NCBI GenBank assembly: GCA_964016885.1
Contig: OZ024742.1
Coordinates: 98,580,001-98,644,000, forward strand
Direction of reading: 5' to 3'
Source: Eledone cirrhosa
Taxonomy: Eukaryota
Length of the DNA: 64,000 nt
Shown here one piece after another: positions 1 through 15,290 of this stretch. The notes beneath the pieces were generated by a model. The model was not told the origin of the DNA and ran no database searches. It worked only from the letters and a program-made list of their open reading frames with translations. The translations under genes were made by a program, and so were the position numbers. Position 1 is the stretch's first letter. Every line of letters starts with the position of its first letter.

Positions 1-327
1 ATCCTACAGGAATCTCATCTATATTAAAATCCTGGTTTCACTTCAGTCGATTTTCCCAGAAAGAGAGAGGGGGAAAGACGTGTTGGGAGTAGAAAGAATA
101 TTAGAAAGAAGAATAATCGACATCAGTACAGAACAGGTGTTTTCATCCTAAAGTATGAGAATCAAAAGTTAACTACGGCATAACTTATTGAGGCAAAATG
201 ACTTCGACGGTTGAATGAACCCATTAATTCGAGTATATATATATATATATGCAGTATATATATGTATATTCGTATGCATATATATACATATGTAAGCCCG
301 TGTGTGAGTGAGGATATATATATAAAT

Positions 328-505
328 AATTGTTTCTACTTTTGGCACAAGGCCAGCAATTATCTCAATGTATTACTGGTACTTTATTTTATCGACCCCG
401 TAATGATGAAAGGCAAAGTTTACCACGGCGGGATTTGAACTCAGCCCATAAAGAGCCGTAATTCTTTGCTGCAAAGCATAGTGTCAGACTCAACCGATAC
501 TGCCA
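328..505 (-). mobile_element. tRNA-derived SINE, family A
   Basis: Reverse complement of the core GAGTTCAAAT..GCC GAGGT.AACTTTGCCTTTCATC...GGGGTCGATAAAATAAAGTACCAG also seen at 2695-2880 and 13490-13665; B-box-like GAGTTCAAATCC. Confidence 0.75.
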
Positions 506-515
506 AATAATAATA

Positions 516-700
516 GTAATGAGAGAGTAAAATATATCAGATAATAACGGATAAAATACCACCCCTGTAAAGAATATAAAGACTAGATTCTTTAATTTAA
601 TTTATATATACCGTTTCATCCGTAGTTTTTATGATCCTTACCAGGGTGGCATTTTATCCCTTATTATCTCATATTTTACTGTGTATATTTCTCTCATTAC
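516..700. repeat. Degenerate fold-back (inverted repeat) element
   Basis: AGTAATGAGAGA..GATAATAACGGATAAAATACCACCC..ACTA (516-586) is the imperfect reverse complement of 622-700; followed by a ~90 nt tail and (TA)n. Confidence 0.6.
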
Positions 701-785
701 TGTGATTTATAAAGAGCTCGGAATCCCCTCCTTGAAAATGATTGGATCGTAGTGGATTATTGTGAGTTTTTAACTCGACCATTTG

Positions 786-877
<92 letters not shown>

Positions 878-990
878 GCTTTAAACTAATTATCTTCATT
901 GTACACCATCATTTCCCTCTTTTGTTTATTCGTTTGGTTTTCCCGGACACAAAGACACAATCTAACACACATATATGCAGACATACATGC

Positions 991-1029
<39 letters not shown>

Positions 1030-1894
1030 CAGTACCTTGATAAAAAATGATGATGTAAATCAATGTTTGCCCACCCTGTGTTTCCAGGCGAGAATAAAAC
1101 AGCTTCTATATGTGAAAATATCTATTCCTTAATGTAGCCGGAAATTCCATCTTAATAATTATTTCCTTGTGTGGTCAAAGTGTATTTCTCAATGAGAAAA
1201 AAAGTAGCTCGTGTTTATTTTACTTGTAAAAACAAAATATTGAGCTGGCTAGATTCTTTTAAATCACCTGCACATGTATCAATATCACCACTGGAATCAA
1301 AGATCTAAAATCCATATATTCTGTTTGATTTCGTGATATGGAACCAATACATTTCTCATTTTTTTATTCACAATGTGAGATGAGAAATTTCCGAGTTTGT
1401 TTTCCTTTGATCTGTTGTCTCACACGATTTTTATTGTTTTGTAACGTCAAACTCCTGTTCGGCCGCGCAGTTTGAGTTTTGTTTGCTTTACTCAATTACT
1501 TTCAAATTGCATTTCACATCATACGAGTTCCATTTTTCTCTCCAACGTCATTTTATGTTAGATAAACTTATCAGCTTATAAAGTTACAAAGAACACTAAT
1601 TGTATTGTTATTGTCTAATCATGACACCAAACAGAAATTGTAAAGGCTAACTACATTCCCTTTTTTATTGCATTGCTATTGTCATATTTAATGTTAAATA
1701 AAACTTTTAGTCACTCACTTCAAACGCAAGTTTCACCACACACCCACTTGTTGGTATATAGTTACGTCAACCTATCGGCAGAAATATTTGTGGATAGTGA
1801 ATCGTTGTTTGAAATCATACTGTTTGCATTAATCAGTAATATCATATTTTGATCCAAGAGAGGAACAGTATACCCAGGTAATCAGATAATGGAT

Positions 1895-2045
1895 GTAGCA
1901 TAGATGAATGATTACGAAATTTGCTTTCCAAATATGAGGTCATGGGTTCAATACAACTGTGTGGTGTTTTATCAAGTGTCTTTTACCAAAGAATCGGTGC
2001 TTTCCCGATCTTGTGAGTGAAATTGAGTGAGCGTAAACTGAAGCA
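1895..2045 (+). mobile_element. SINE, family B (decayed)
   Basis: GGGTTCAAT..ACTGTGTGGTG...CAAGTGTCTTT...CTTGTGAGTG; reverse-complement relative at 42170-42277. Confidence 0.5.
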
Positions 2046-2694
2046 CATCGGATGAATTCTATCTGAAATGTAATAGACCACCATTGCTAGAAACTGTCAG
2101 GCTGAATCCCGCTGAAAATTTCGTTAAGAATACATCTGTATGGATGGTTCCACCAATTGCACATTACGTTACGTGCATTCTTTTCAACACTGCACATGCA
2201 TCTTCGAAACCAATGAAAGTCCATTATAATCAGATAAGGAAAGGCAGTGGAAGGTAAATTACGGAGAAAACAAACCTACTGAAATATTCATATATTTGTT
2301 TCCAAAATCTCTTGTACTGAATCAATGATCAGCCATTATCTTTTTCCAATTCCATTTAAAAATTGAACGTGAGAGTGCACTGAATCAAAAGCAAACAGAA
2401 TATGCCTATTAAATCAGAAGAGCCAAAGGATTGATGGTGGGTGATATGAAAGCACTCCAGGACTAGATAGGAAAAGTGACAGTGTAAATAGCAGAGGCTC
2501 TGGTCTTAATTGTGGACAGCTAATGAGAATAGATGTTACACTCCTTTATCAAACCACCCGAAACTGCGTCTGGTTCTATGGTACAACAATATTTGCTAAA
2601 ATATATTCATATTTTACTAAAAACCTTATCCTTTCAAAGGTAAATCTATCTTTGTTCCTTACGTTCCTTTTATGCATTAATACTATCATTATTG

Positions 2695-2880
2695 GTGGAT
2701 TGACGGTATCGGTAGAGGGTCGGACGCCATACTGTGACGCAAAGAGTTACAGCCCTTTCCATTCTGAGTTAAAATCCAGCCGAGGTTAACTTTGCCTTTC
2801 ATCCTTACGGGGTCGATGAAATAATGTACCAGTAATGCACTGGAATTTGCTGGCCTTGAGCCAAAAATTAGAAACAATTA
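2695..2880 (+). mobile_element. tRNA-derived SINE, family A
   Basis: CTGAGTTAAAATCCAGCCGAGGTTAACTTTGCCTTTCATCCTTACGGGGTCGATGAAATAATGTACCAG, nearly identical to the 13520-13595 core. Confidence 0.75.
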
Positions 2881-3289
2881 TAATTTTCCGTTAATTAATG
2901 TAGAGTCGCATAAACATCAGCGTGGCCTTTGGTGGGAGATAGTTTGTTATGACGCATTTCTCTCAATACCATATATAATTTATGGTATTTTGTTTAAGAA
3001 AGCAAGTAACAATGCTTCCTATATTCATATATATACGTACATACTAAAACACACACAGTGAATATTGATAGATTCAAAACGTCTATTTACAGAATTTGAA
3101 AATACATATAGTCAGTAAAACAAATAGATTATTTACAGGTTATATATTCCATTTACAAATGTATGTACCTTTTAAAGGAAAAAATTGAATAAAAATATAA
3201 TGACTAAATCCAGTCTTTGATCTATGGAAGTGTTAAGCTACAGTCAGGTTTGCATTCCCAAAATGACATTGACAATGCACTTATAAAAA

Positions 3290-4860
3290 CTGTGGACAGT
3301 AATGGTGAATGTGTTTCTTGAATTTCTTTTATACAAGTTCTAACTGGTATATGATCCAATAATTTATTTGTTCCCTTGTTTATCAGGACATTTGCTGAAA
3401 ATATACCTGAAATAGTTATGGTTTCATACTCGATATTTTTAATATCACTTTGAAAATACTTGTACTTTGAATTATTTTTAAATATCTTAAGAAGCACACT
3501 GCAATCAGCAGGTATCTATCACGTCTATCATGAAGCAAGTTTTATTGTTTTGTTTTGTTTTTTGGTTTGATATAATATCTGGTCTATTGGCTTTGATTGA
3601 CCTGCCAGTGTGTATTGTGAAATACCACTGTTTTAGTCACAGGATCTGGACGATGTTGATAAAAGATTTTGGTTGCTTCTTTTCCATAGAATGTGCATGT
3701 TTTCAAGTGGATGTACTGCCCTTCTTTATTATGTCTGGTTTTCTATTCATACAGTACTAAGTTGATACAGACAGATATTATATATATCCAATTTAGGCAG
3801 TATTTCAGCATTTCTGTCGCAGAAGCTGCTTTTTAAGTCATGTATTTTGCTCTTTTGTTTTCATCTGTTCAATAGTTTGTTCCTTTGCTTTTATTTTTCT
3901 GGCCTTTGCTGCAACCATTAGCTGGAGAAGAGTTTTGTGTGTCCCAAATATGTTTAGATTTATTTCACGTTTATATTTGGTGATTTCTTTATCAGAGAGT
4001 AAATATTTTTATTCGTCTCGTGTTGTTTTACAGGCTTCATCATGCAATTATTGGTTGCTTGAAGATATTGCTGCAGACCTAATGTCATCATGTAGGAGAG
4101 CTCTAATTAATTGAAACCTCTGACCTCCTTAGATCTAGAGAGTTAGAGTAGATCAACGGTGATCTATAGGGTGATCTATAGGGTGACATGGGAAAAGTTT
4201 ATGGCTATTAATATCCAATATTTTGATTTCTTGTACTGTTAACTACGTTAAAGTTATACCGAACAAGGTATACTATTCGGTAAATCTATACTGAACAAGT
4301 ACTGCTAAGCTATTTCTCGTAGATATTATTAGTTTTGAATTGAGCTCTGTCTATGAAATAAGTCTCACTCGTCTTTTGATATTTATGATTATTTGGGTAT
4401 ATTTTGGTTTGACTGAATCGCCAGGATATGTGTAGCCCAGATATGTATAGGTCTCGTCTTGTTCAAGTTCTTTTATTTCTGTTTTTATGTGCAAGTATAC
4501 GTTGGAAAAGTCAGCTACTTTGACATTCTTCAAGATCAATTTTGCACAATCATCAAGACGCAAATCTATACCTATTTCATCGCTAAAATGTTTTACAGTC
4601 TTGAGCAGGCACTCCAGTATGTTATCATTTTAATGAGAAGCATAAGATCATCAGTATAGAAGAACACCTGACTAGGCTTTCTTTAATTTGTAGCCACAGG
4701 TCGTTGAAAACCCGGGATTAATGCTATACTGAAGAAAATATGTGACAGTGAGTCTCTGTGGAATATTCCTTTGCGTATCGAGATTTATTATGAATTTGTT
4801 GTTTCTTTGCAGTTTTTCAAGTAAAGAGTTGTTTCCATGATCCCGATTTTGTGTTTAAAA
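3290..4860 (-). pseudogene. Decayed R4/Dong-like non-LTR retrotransposon (RT + RLE remnant)
   Basis: Minus-strand remnants GIFHRDSLSHIFFSIALIP (~4715-4770), FFYTDDLML (~4640-4665), YTYLG (~4435-4450), ANRPDII (~3570-3592) and a C-terminal KY...IP...IKEIQ, collinear with the 747-aa ORF at 23445; many stops and frameshifts. Confidence 0.75.
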
Positions 4861-5616
4861 AATTATAATTATTGAGGATATTCAAGGTTTGTTGTTGTCA
4901 TTGTTGTGTTTGATGTTGTCCTCGATGTGGTTGTCATTGACGCTATCGTCCTTACAAATTCGATGGTTTTATTCATGATAGAGATTGGTGTTTCAGAACT
5001 AACTATGATACATTTGATATTTTTTTTATTGTATATTCTATTCATCATTAAATTATTATTCAAAAGGCTGAAATCCAATATAACAGTCAAATACTGTTCT
5101 CAGAGTATTAAGAAAATAAGAAAACTCCTTCTATTTCAAATTGAAGTAAAGTATGAATTACGTACTACGCATTAGCAATGATGCATGTCATGAAACATGT
5201 AAATGTATCTAGCACTTACCTTCACATACTCAAACCTCAATTCCGAAGTTCTGAATTATGGTTTATCCTTCTAACACAGAATACCTGACACTTTCATAGC
5301 CAAGAAAGAGCAGATGCTCTAACCATGACATCACATCTGCACCATGACGAACTACTATTTCATTTTTCAAGATGCTTCATAAATAGCACCACGTTTTTTC
5401 TCTTATCTCTACGCATTTATCCGCTTTCTCCTTTACACTCGGCTGTTTTCCTTTATCTTCCTCCTCTGAATCACACGCATTTCTCTCTTTTTCTACCTTC
5501 CGATAAAAGACCAGCATGTAAAACGTTAATAGTCTCTTCCAACTATAACAGCCCTTAAACGGCTACACCATCAGACATGAGTTTTTTCCTTCTGGGTTGT
5601 TTGGCCTTGTTGAGTT

Positions 5617-5650
<34 letters not shown>

Positions 5651-6599
5651 CGCGCATGCGTTGTGTGTGTGTGTCTGTGTGTGTGTGTGTGTGTCTGTAT
5701 GTGTGTCTGTGTGCGAAGCGTGTATGAGGCGGTTATGTGTGTGTTTATGACAAGAGAGTCGACAAGAAGGTAAAATGATGTACTACTTACTATGAATAGT
5801 ATAGTCGAAACATCTATAATACTAAATTAGATTTCACCGCTATGCTTAAATTGCATTTGCAAGATGTAAGAAAGAAATCTCATAATGCATTTGCGGATTG
5901 TGGTGGCCCGACTTTCTTACTGCATGAAAATCAAGAAAGCCTTATAGTAACACTTCGAAGCGATGGACTCTTTGCAACAGCGAATTGTTCGGAATCCTAC
6001 AGGGATTAAATACATCAAACATATACCGAACTCCAAGAACGAGGTTTAAATTGGCTGCTTACATTTGAGACGTAATTTGTTTTCCTCGTGGAGAAACAGA
6101 GTCTACGCACACTGAATTACGACACTCACCTTAGTTTTGAAAATACACACGAACACTTTGTGCTGCATCACACCTTTATTCTTCTTGTCCCACTTATTAC
6201 GCTACATTGAATATTGAACCGATATACTCATAAACATTGAGACATATATACAGGCGAACGCACATAATCCTGAGTTATACCAAACTGTAGAATATATATA
6301 CACGAATTAATTCACACAAGGTCCATATATAACTATATAAATCGTCTGTACAATATTTTCCCATCCACCTATTAAAACACGCGGAAATATAAGGTAATAA
6401 GGATTATCATGCGGATATTTACTTCTGGCAGTATCTTATTCCGAAGCCTCTTTCTGACACTTTGAACTTCAGTTCAGAAGTGAGTCAGACTTTCTCAGTA
6501 TGTAAGTGTATTCTGATTCTAGCCATTAAACCTAAGGCGGGTGTATGAAAAATTGTTTTCTTCTGTGTTGTATAATACATACACACAAACACAAATATA

Positions 6600-6781
<182 letters not shown>

Positions 6782-7074
6782 AGCATATCTGTTTGTAACT
6801 ATTTTTTTATTAAACAGATTATATGTACGCATGTGTGTGAATTTACCTGTAGCCAGTGAATAAAGAAATATTGTTACCACGATTGTTGATTATAAACATA
6901 CAAAAAGATAATTCTTTTTTATGGTTGTTATTGCTGTTTCTATTCTTGATTTGAATTTTTTGTCTCCACTATACAAATAACTTTATGAAATTTCAAAGAC
7001 ATTTGTTGTTGTCATCGTTATTGTTGTTATTGTAGTAGTCATGGTAGAATTAGATAAATAATAGAAGCAGTAGC

Positions 7075-7157
7075 AGGAGTAGTAGTAGTAGTATTAGTAG
7101 TAGTAGTAGTAGTAGTAGTAGAAACAGTAGTTGTAGTAGTAGTAGTAGTAGTAGTTC

Positions 7158-7228
<71 letters not shown>
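7075..7228. repeat. (TAG)n/(TAT)n trinucleotide microsatellite
   Basis: Seen directly. Confidence 0.95.
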
Positions 7229-7554
7229 TTTTCTGTTAATGTTGTTGTTACGCATCCGACGTTAAACATTTTGTCTATTTTATACAACATTGGCATTTAG
7301 ATGTAGCAAGAACGAAACAAATGAAAACGGATGAGGGTGAAGATGGAGTATGTGGGAGCGGTGTAAGAATTGAAGGTAGACATAACAAAACTGAAAACAC
7401 AAACTCAACAAGAAAACTAACCTATAAATATGTATATCTGTACACACACATACACACACACACATACACACACACATGTAAATATATATATATATGTATA
7501 TACACACACACACATGTATATATATATATATATATGTATATAAACACACACATG

Positions 7555-7598
<44 letters not shown>

Positions 7599-8220
7599 TG
7601 TATACACACACCTATATACATACATACACATATATATATATATATATAAAGGAGAGATAGAATGATAGAAAGAAACAAAGAAAGAAATGTAAATTTACTA
7701 CGAATAAAAACCAAAAAAGAAATTATAATATAGAGTGAACAGATATTACGTACAGGTTATATAAAAGGTTTTAAAAAGGATTTTACTTAGAGTATTTTTT
7801 CCTCCTATTGTTTACTATTAGAAGCGATAGTAAATATGATTTTAACTGTTGCACTTTGAAAATACAACACAAGCTATGAAGATTGTTTTCTTCTGATGTT
7901 GTATAATACATAGTTAAGAAGATTCTGTGATTATATGTGCGTATATATGTGTATATTGAATGTATATATATATATATATAAATATATATGTATATGTATG
8001 TATGGGTGTGTGTCTATTTGTGTGTATGTATATATATATAAATGAAATGAGATTTTCAAATGAGGAAAAATTTATCTTGCTTGTTTCTTTTATTTATTTA
8101 TTTTTTTGTTTATTCCCTCAATATTTCTCTATCCATAAGTATTTAAGATGACTTTACGGTTGTACGATTGTGTATAATAACGTTTTTGGAAATGAAGTTG
8201 TACATGTACACACACACATA

Positions 8221-8274
<54 letters not shown>

Positions 8275-8421
8275 AATTAAAATACTAGAGTGTGTTGGAG
8301 TTAAACACCTTCTTCATATTATAGAACTGACAGTAAAGATATAGCTCAATGTAATTAAACAGAGCCGAAGAATTATGAAAATAAACCAAAGAAGCCTTCA
8401 ATACATCAAAAGTCTTTATTA

Positions 8422-8459
8422 GCCAACAATGTTTCGTCCTATTAAGGACTCATCAGGGC
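8422..8459 (-). ncRNA. Minimal type I hammerhead ribozyme (mirror copy)
   Basis: Exact reverse complement of 9768-9805. Confidence 0.8.
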
Positions 8460-9767
8460 AAGTAAAGCTATAAGAAGCACTATTGGCCAATACAAGCCAA
8501 AAACTCAGAAGAATATGGAGTATACATACATTAAAGCATAGGAAAATTATCAAGTAAAAATTGCTAAGGAAGTGAATAACATTTTGAACCCATATTACAA
8601 ATATAGCTAAACTTTAGAGATTTTGATAACTTAAACCATAGCTAATTTTGTATTGACTTATTATGTATTTTAAATAATTTCAATATTGATTAATTTAATA
8701 AGGTTTTCTAGTCATTTATCCGGGTTTGATTCCTAACTTTTTTTACTTAACTGCTTGTGACACCTAAGTAAATATATTTGTTTTTGTTTTTCGATTTCCG
8801 GTTGATTTTATTTATATTTTTTTACTACCGTGCGTAGTTTCTGTCTGGTTCTTATTCCCTTATTCACATATGTCTGTCTACCAACCATGTAATTATGTAT
8901 ACTATACTATGTTTGTTATTTGATATTGAAGTTGTTATATCATATCACTTTATGTAATCGTACTATAGATCTTAAATATTTACCGATTATTCGAAGGTAC
9001 CCTTATGTTAAATTTTGTAAATTCTGTAATATGTTTATATTTTTATAATTTTTATAATGTTTAGATAATATTTATTTATACCAATTGTATAAAAACTCGA
9101 CCTCCGTCTGTTTTGTTACAACGGTATAGATATTTTTCCAGCACAATTTTGTCAACACAATTCAGTTCTGTATGATATTTTTTTCTCACCCTGTGTGTAA
9201 CTTTATATGATTTGTTAAGTTATATGCCAATATATTATAATATTGTTATTATAGTGTTATTGTAATATTTATATTGTTTGTGCAAATTGACCGGAGATTA
9301 TAAATTATATAGTATATTATATATTATAATTTTATTTTTATTCATTTCTTTATCATTTTATACTGTAAATAATATATATATTATATTTATATTTAAACTC
9401 TTAATAAGTGTTAGTTTGTGTTTCTGTTGATGGATATGTGTATTGATATATATATATATATATGTATACATATGTATATATATATATATATGTATATTGG
9501 GCCTTTTAATATTATTATTATTATCATTATCAATGATATTATATTATATTATATTATATATCGTACTGTAATTCTCGCTTTATATCACCACGTGTGTTTA
9601 GTTTTAGTTTTTGCATTGTACTATATTTGTAATATGGGTTCAAAATGTTATTCACTTCCTTAGCAATTTTTACTTGATAATTTTCCTATGCTTTAATGTA
9701 TGTATACTCCATATTCTTCTGAGTGTTTGGCTTGTATTGGCCGATAGTGCTTCTTATAGCTTTACTT

Positions 9768-9805
9768 GCCCTGATGAGTCCTTAATAGGACGAAACATTG
9801 TTGGC
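9768..9805 (+). ncRNA. Minimal type I hammerhead ribozyme
   Basis: GCC-CTGATGA-GTCCT(TAAT)AGGAC-GAAA-C(ATT)G-TT^GGC, then AATAAA at 9807-9812: stem I GCC/GGC, 5-bp stem II, very short stem III as in PLE HHRs. Confidence 0.8.
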
Positions 9806-9874
9806 TAATAAAGACTTTTGATGTATTGAAGGCTTCTTTGGTTTATTTTCATATATATATATATATATAGATAG

Positions 9875-9956
<82 letters not shown>

Positions 9957-9987
9957 TATGCACACACAAATATGTACACAGATTTGA

Positions 9988-10028
<41 letters not shown>

Positions 10029-10621
10029 TATACACAAATACATATTTGCTTATATAATTAAACAAGTCTTAACTATATGCAAATAGTGAAGCCCACGCAA
10101 AACGTACTATGTAGACTATTGTCTATATCATGCTCGTACGTTTTGAATGACTGTCACTAATAGAAGTTTAACAAATCTTGAAACAGGGCTATCTGACATT
10201 CTTCGAATATACTAAGAACTCTATCATATATTGATAGCGGAAAATAGAGAAATATTTTGTTTTTCTTTACGAGAAATTATTTTTCTTCAATAACAAATCT
10301 AGCCGTATATTTGTAGTGTATTAACGTATTAAATAAGTTTATATATATTTTCATATACACCTCTATTATGCCTAAACTGTTTCTTAATGCTACCGCGTAT
10401 CATATATGCATATATAGGCATACATACTTGTAAGATGAACTTCTGGTCACAATACACATTCTGGCAATAAGAGGTCATTCAATAAGTTTTGTTCAACACA
10501 GAATGATAATAGAATACAACTGGCCAAGGTCACACGCAATAGGATTAACCCTGAAACTACGCGGTTGCGAAACAGTTAGCTGTACAACCACTACAATACA
10601 TATATATACTTGTATATATAA

Positions 10622-10743
<122 letters not shown>

Positions 10744-10783
10744 ATATATATATATATTATTCAGCCATGTAGAGCGAAATTTT

Positions 10784-10819
<36 letters not shown>

Positions 10820-11564
10820 CATCTGTATGTGTGTCGGTGTTTATGTGTGTGTATGCAGAAAGATAGGCGAATGAAGATATTCACACAAACATACGTACAT
10901 AAATATACATACGAACACACACACACTAACTCACGCAAAGAGACGAGACAAAAATAGGAAGCAATTGGAAGCAGGATTGTAGTAAAGTTCTAGAATCAAA
11001 TCTTAAATCTTGAATAGCATTTAATCTTTTTTCATGCATTGATAGACACATTTCGTACGACGTTGCCTCATCATCTAAAAGTTAACCGATGGAATAGCTT
11101 CTAGTAAGCCGCATGAACAACAAAAACAGTAACAATGAAAACAACAATACTAACAAAACATCAACAAGAGCAGCAACAATAACGACAACGGTAAGAACAG
11201 AAACAATTAAAAGCATACATCTAACTCATATATAAACTATATAACTCTCATACATATCTTCTCTCTCTTCTGAGAACCTTTATTTTACCTTCTGATCTTT
11301 CTTTCCTCTCCTTTAACTTATTTCTCCTTTCACTTCTTTTCGGTATTTTTCTTCTTGTATTTTCATTTTTCCTACGGTTTTCCCCAGAAATGCACCAAAT
11401 ATTCTAAGGGGAATGTCAACAAGAAGTATAATTTTCCTAAAACAGTGGAGAAAACAATACTATAAATGATTAAATAAGAAAATAAATAAAGTAATACAAT
11501 AAGAAAAACCGTAAACAAAATGTTGCATCTTCGTTTCCATACATATAGGTGTGTGCCTGTATAA

Positions 11565-11623
<59 letters not shown>

Positions 11624-11822
11624 CACACACAGATACACACACATATGTATATATATATATATATATACATACATATATATGTATATATATATGTATATAT
11701 ATATATATATATATACATATATATATACATAAAACACACACATATATATACACTCACACATGTGTATACATACATACATACATACATACATACATACATA
11801 CATACATACATACATACATACA

Positions 11823-11856
<34 letters not shown>

Positions 11857-12455
11857 GCTACATACATGCATACATAGATGTATGTGTGTGTCCGCTAATA
11901 CTTCTATGCGCATTGTCTCTGACAATTTTTTGTTATTTGATTTTGTTGTTATTGTTGTTGACACTGTTGCTGTTATTGTTATTGTCCTTGTTGTATTCGT
12001 TGTTATTATGCTGTAACAGAGGTCCTGAATGGAGTAGAGAATCAAATGTGTTCCTTAAGAAAAATTCGAAAGAATTACAGCTAAAAAAATTACCAACTAA
12101 AACCATAAGAAAAAAATATTCATCCAAGTTAAAGATGAAAATATTTTGATCATTGAACCGTGTAGAATCTCCTTCTCCATGTCTTTATGGAAGAGAAGGA
12201 GGCAATAAATAAGGGTTTGATGTGTATTGGAATGGAATAATGCATTTGGTGTAAGTGTTGATACTGCTATCTCTTAATCCACTTATACGTGTGCTTCGTT
12301 CCCAATCTCTATCTCTAAATATCCCTCCTTCAGTTTTCATCTACCCATCTATCTAATTCTCTCACTTTCGCTCATCCCACACGCAAACACACGTATATAT
12401 ACACACATACAAATACACACATTATGTATATATATATATATATATACATATATAT

Positions 12456-12902
12456 AAGTAGAAGGGATATTTAATTTGTTGGAAATTCAACAAACATAAA
12501 TGTTTATAACTGATTCAGAGCACTCGACAGTTTTTCTGGAGTAAGTATTAAATGATATTAAATAAATGGAAACTATATTTATAAAACCATATTTATTCTA
12601 TTATATATATATTTCAAGGGTACCAAAAACTTTCGTACGCTTTCATCAGATAAAATACAAAGTGTGTTTTATAAATGTTGACATAGCCAAGGAAACATAC
12701 CTTATCATTTGAATTTTACTAAGGAAAAAACTACCCAAGGAAAATTCAAATGATAAGGTATGTTTCCTTGGCTATGTCAAAATGTATAAAACACATTTTG
12801 TATGTTATCTGATGAAAGCGTACGAAAGTTTTTGGTACCCTTGAAATATATATAATAGAATAAATATGGTTTTATAAATATAGTTTCCATTTATTTAATA
12901 TG

Positions 12903-12906
<4 letters not shown>
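12456..12906 (-). mobile_element. Fold-back mini-element (family F1) in (TA)n
   Basis: Arms ~12555-12717 and ~12741-12901 are near-perfect reverse complements; ~95-nt tail at left; CTGATGA..GAAA at 12809-12827 with poorly paired stems; sister copy at 26393-26767. Confidence 0.85.
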
Positions 12907-12970
<64 letters not shown>

Positions 12971-13038
12971 TATATATATATCATATGTATTGCTTCCATA
13001 TAATTCACAGATTGTGTTGTTACTTTTATTTACCTTTT

Positions 13039-13072
<34 letters not shown>

Positions 13073-13349
13073 TCCCTGTTTGCATTTTTGTTTTGTTTTT
13101 TTGTCCATTTCCCTCTTCCTCTTTCTAATATTTGTTCCCCATTTTCCCTCTAGCCTTACAAACGAAATATTAAGGAGATTTAATGCAGTAACTGCATTGT
13201 TTCAGGTACGGAGAACAAAAAAGGGTTGTGTGGAGTGTGTATAAAGAGTATATAACACACAATTCATGTATAGGGGTTTAGAAGGCCACGAGATTATACA
13301 ACATATTTCTTTTGCGCTTTTCCTCTTGCGAAAAATGGAATAATAGTAA

Positions 13350-13770
13350 TATTGGTTTCTAATTGAAGCACCAGGCCAGCAATTTGGGATGAGCAAGAAG
13401 TAGGTTGCATGGACCCGGTATTTGAGTGCTACTTTATTGTAAGGACAGTCAAAAGATGATATTATAGTTGGACACCATGTTTTGCAGTGTAGAGTCGGAC
13501 ACCATGTTTTGCCATTTACGGTCTGAGTTCAAATCTCGCCGAGGTTAACTTTGCCTTTCATCCTTACGGGGTCGATAAAATAAAGTACCAGTAAGGCACT
13601 AGGGCCGATTTAATCATCTTTCTTCTCCCCCACAATTGCTAGACTCGTGCTTATATAAGAAACCATAAGTGGATATTGTTGTAATTTAAACTCAGAATGT
13701 AATGAGCTGGAATAATTACCGCATACGATTTGTATGGCATTGTCACGATTTTGCCAGCTCATCGCACTCT
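13350..13770. mobile_element. Nested SINEs: plus-strand family A copy (~13490-13665) inside an older minus-strand copy
   Basis: The outer halves (GTTTCTAA..AGGCCAGCAATTT and TTTAAACTCAGAATGTAA...GATTTTGCCAGCTC) match the minus-strand family A order; the inner copy is the plus-strand core. Confidence 0.6.
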
Positions 13771-15044
13771 ATGGTTAACGTTATCACCATCACGGATCAA
13801 CCTGACATATGTGATAAGACTGACTATTTGAATAACAAATATCGTAATGTGGCTATATTAATATTTTAATATACTTTTTCCACAACCTAAAAGATTTCGA
13901 CGATACACTTTTCACTATATATATGGTATGATATAATTTATTATATAGGCTTGTAAATCTTATTTAGTCATGCTAAGAAGATTGCTTTGAGTTCATATTC
14001 AAGTTAACAAGAACCCGTTGTGAAGAAGCAGAGAATAGCGATTTCGGATCTCTTTAGTAGCTCATCAATCATATGTTACCAGCTGGTTGCTCTCAGCATT
14101 AGTCTTAAAACCTTATAAATATTCCTTGACACACTGAAAGTGGTAATTATTTAACAAACCTTCTCTAAATTAAATATATTTTTGTCATAAATCATATGAC
14201 ACAATATCTTTTGTGTGTGTCTTTAACATACTGGTTCTTGCTGTCAAGACTGAATGTTTAGAGAAAGCTGTAATCATTTCATCGATATTTGCCGAAACAA
14301 TCTCACAATCTGTAATTTACGGGAGTGTTTCTAAATATTAAAGCCCTAAATCTAACGCACGATATGTATAGCATAGAATTTAAGTGAACTTGACATAGCT
14401 TGAATATTCGTCCTGATCACGTGTTCTAATATATTTTGGTTCCGAAACCGAGATGACAAAGAAAGCTAGACAACATAATTTGCTATTCATTACCAGCTCA
14501 GTACAGGCATTTATGTTATGCGTATGTGTAACTGTTTATCTATTGTAATTACACAAATCCCCATTATCACTACCTCAATGACACATGCCTTAAAAATAGG
14601 AGAAGAATGATCTGCGACGTGCACAATCTCAGGTCAATTCCCCTCATGTCTCTAGCGGACAGAACAGAGGATACTGAGAGAGTTGCATTGAAATAACCAA
14701 TTCGACTCGCGGGGCTTCCTCACGACCATTTTCTCAGAAACAAAGGCAGAGAGAAAAAGCGAGAAAATGTGTGTTTGAGTAGAAAGGGTTGTTAGATACA
14801 GATGTACAAAGAGACAGAGAAAGATAAATATACTTCATCACTTCTTTGCTCAATTATTACTGAGAGGGTTGTGGGAGCAGAGTGCTCAAACACTCCTTCC
14901 AGCGGGTCCTGTGAGAAGCAACCGTCTCCACCCGATGTTCCATTCTTCTGTTTACTGAATGCTAAAGCTAAGGCATTTCTGCACCATCTACTGCAATTAT
15001 TGCATTTAATTCAGCCTACTGCCTATCATCACTCGTGAACACGG

Positions 15045-15290
15045 CCTTAAAATATTTGAACTTCTCGGCCTGCTTCAGTGGAACTACATTTACATTTATA
15101 CTGCACAGGCTTTCTTGAGATGACGAGTGTCTCAGATTTCGCAGCACTGATTTTCATTCCAGCCATGCAGCACTCCGCATCAAACCTATCAAGTGAATGT
15201 CGGAGATCAACTTCTGTCGAGTTAAGTAACACCATGTCATCTGAAAATTCCAGGCGTCAGATTTTACACCACTTCTAACTCCGCTGCGCA
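15045..15290 (-). pseudogene. RTE-like LINE RT fragment
   Basis: DDMVL..GMKISAAKSETLVISRKP...EKFKY remnant; related text at 54170-54210 (GAATGAAAATCAGTACTGCGAAGACT). Confidence 0.6.

Larger units (their letters stand above)
8273..9853 (-). mobile_element. PLE-terminus element with 233-bp terminal inverted repeats, inserted in (TA)n
   Basis: 8374-8606 is the reverse complement of 9621-9853 (2 mismatches by eye). AT-rich non-coding spacer, ~100-nt tail 8273-8373, HHR in each arm, (TA)n on both sides. Confidence 0.85.

Noticed and set aside
8374-9853. DNA transposon or MITE interpretation of the inverted repeats
   Set aside because: The one-sided tail, HHR plus AATAAA in the arms, and the same motif order in RT-encoding PLEs favour a retroelement origin; a TA TSD cannot be excluded inside (TA)n.
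12805-12838. Functional hammerhead in family F1
   Set aside because: CTGATGA and GAAA are present, but stems I and II do not pair convincingly; kept only as HHR-like.
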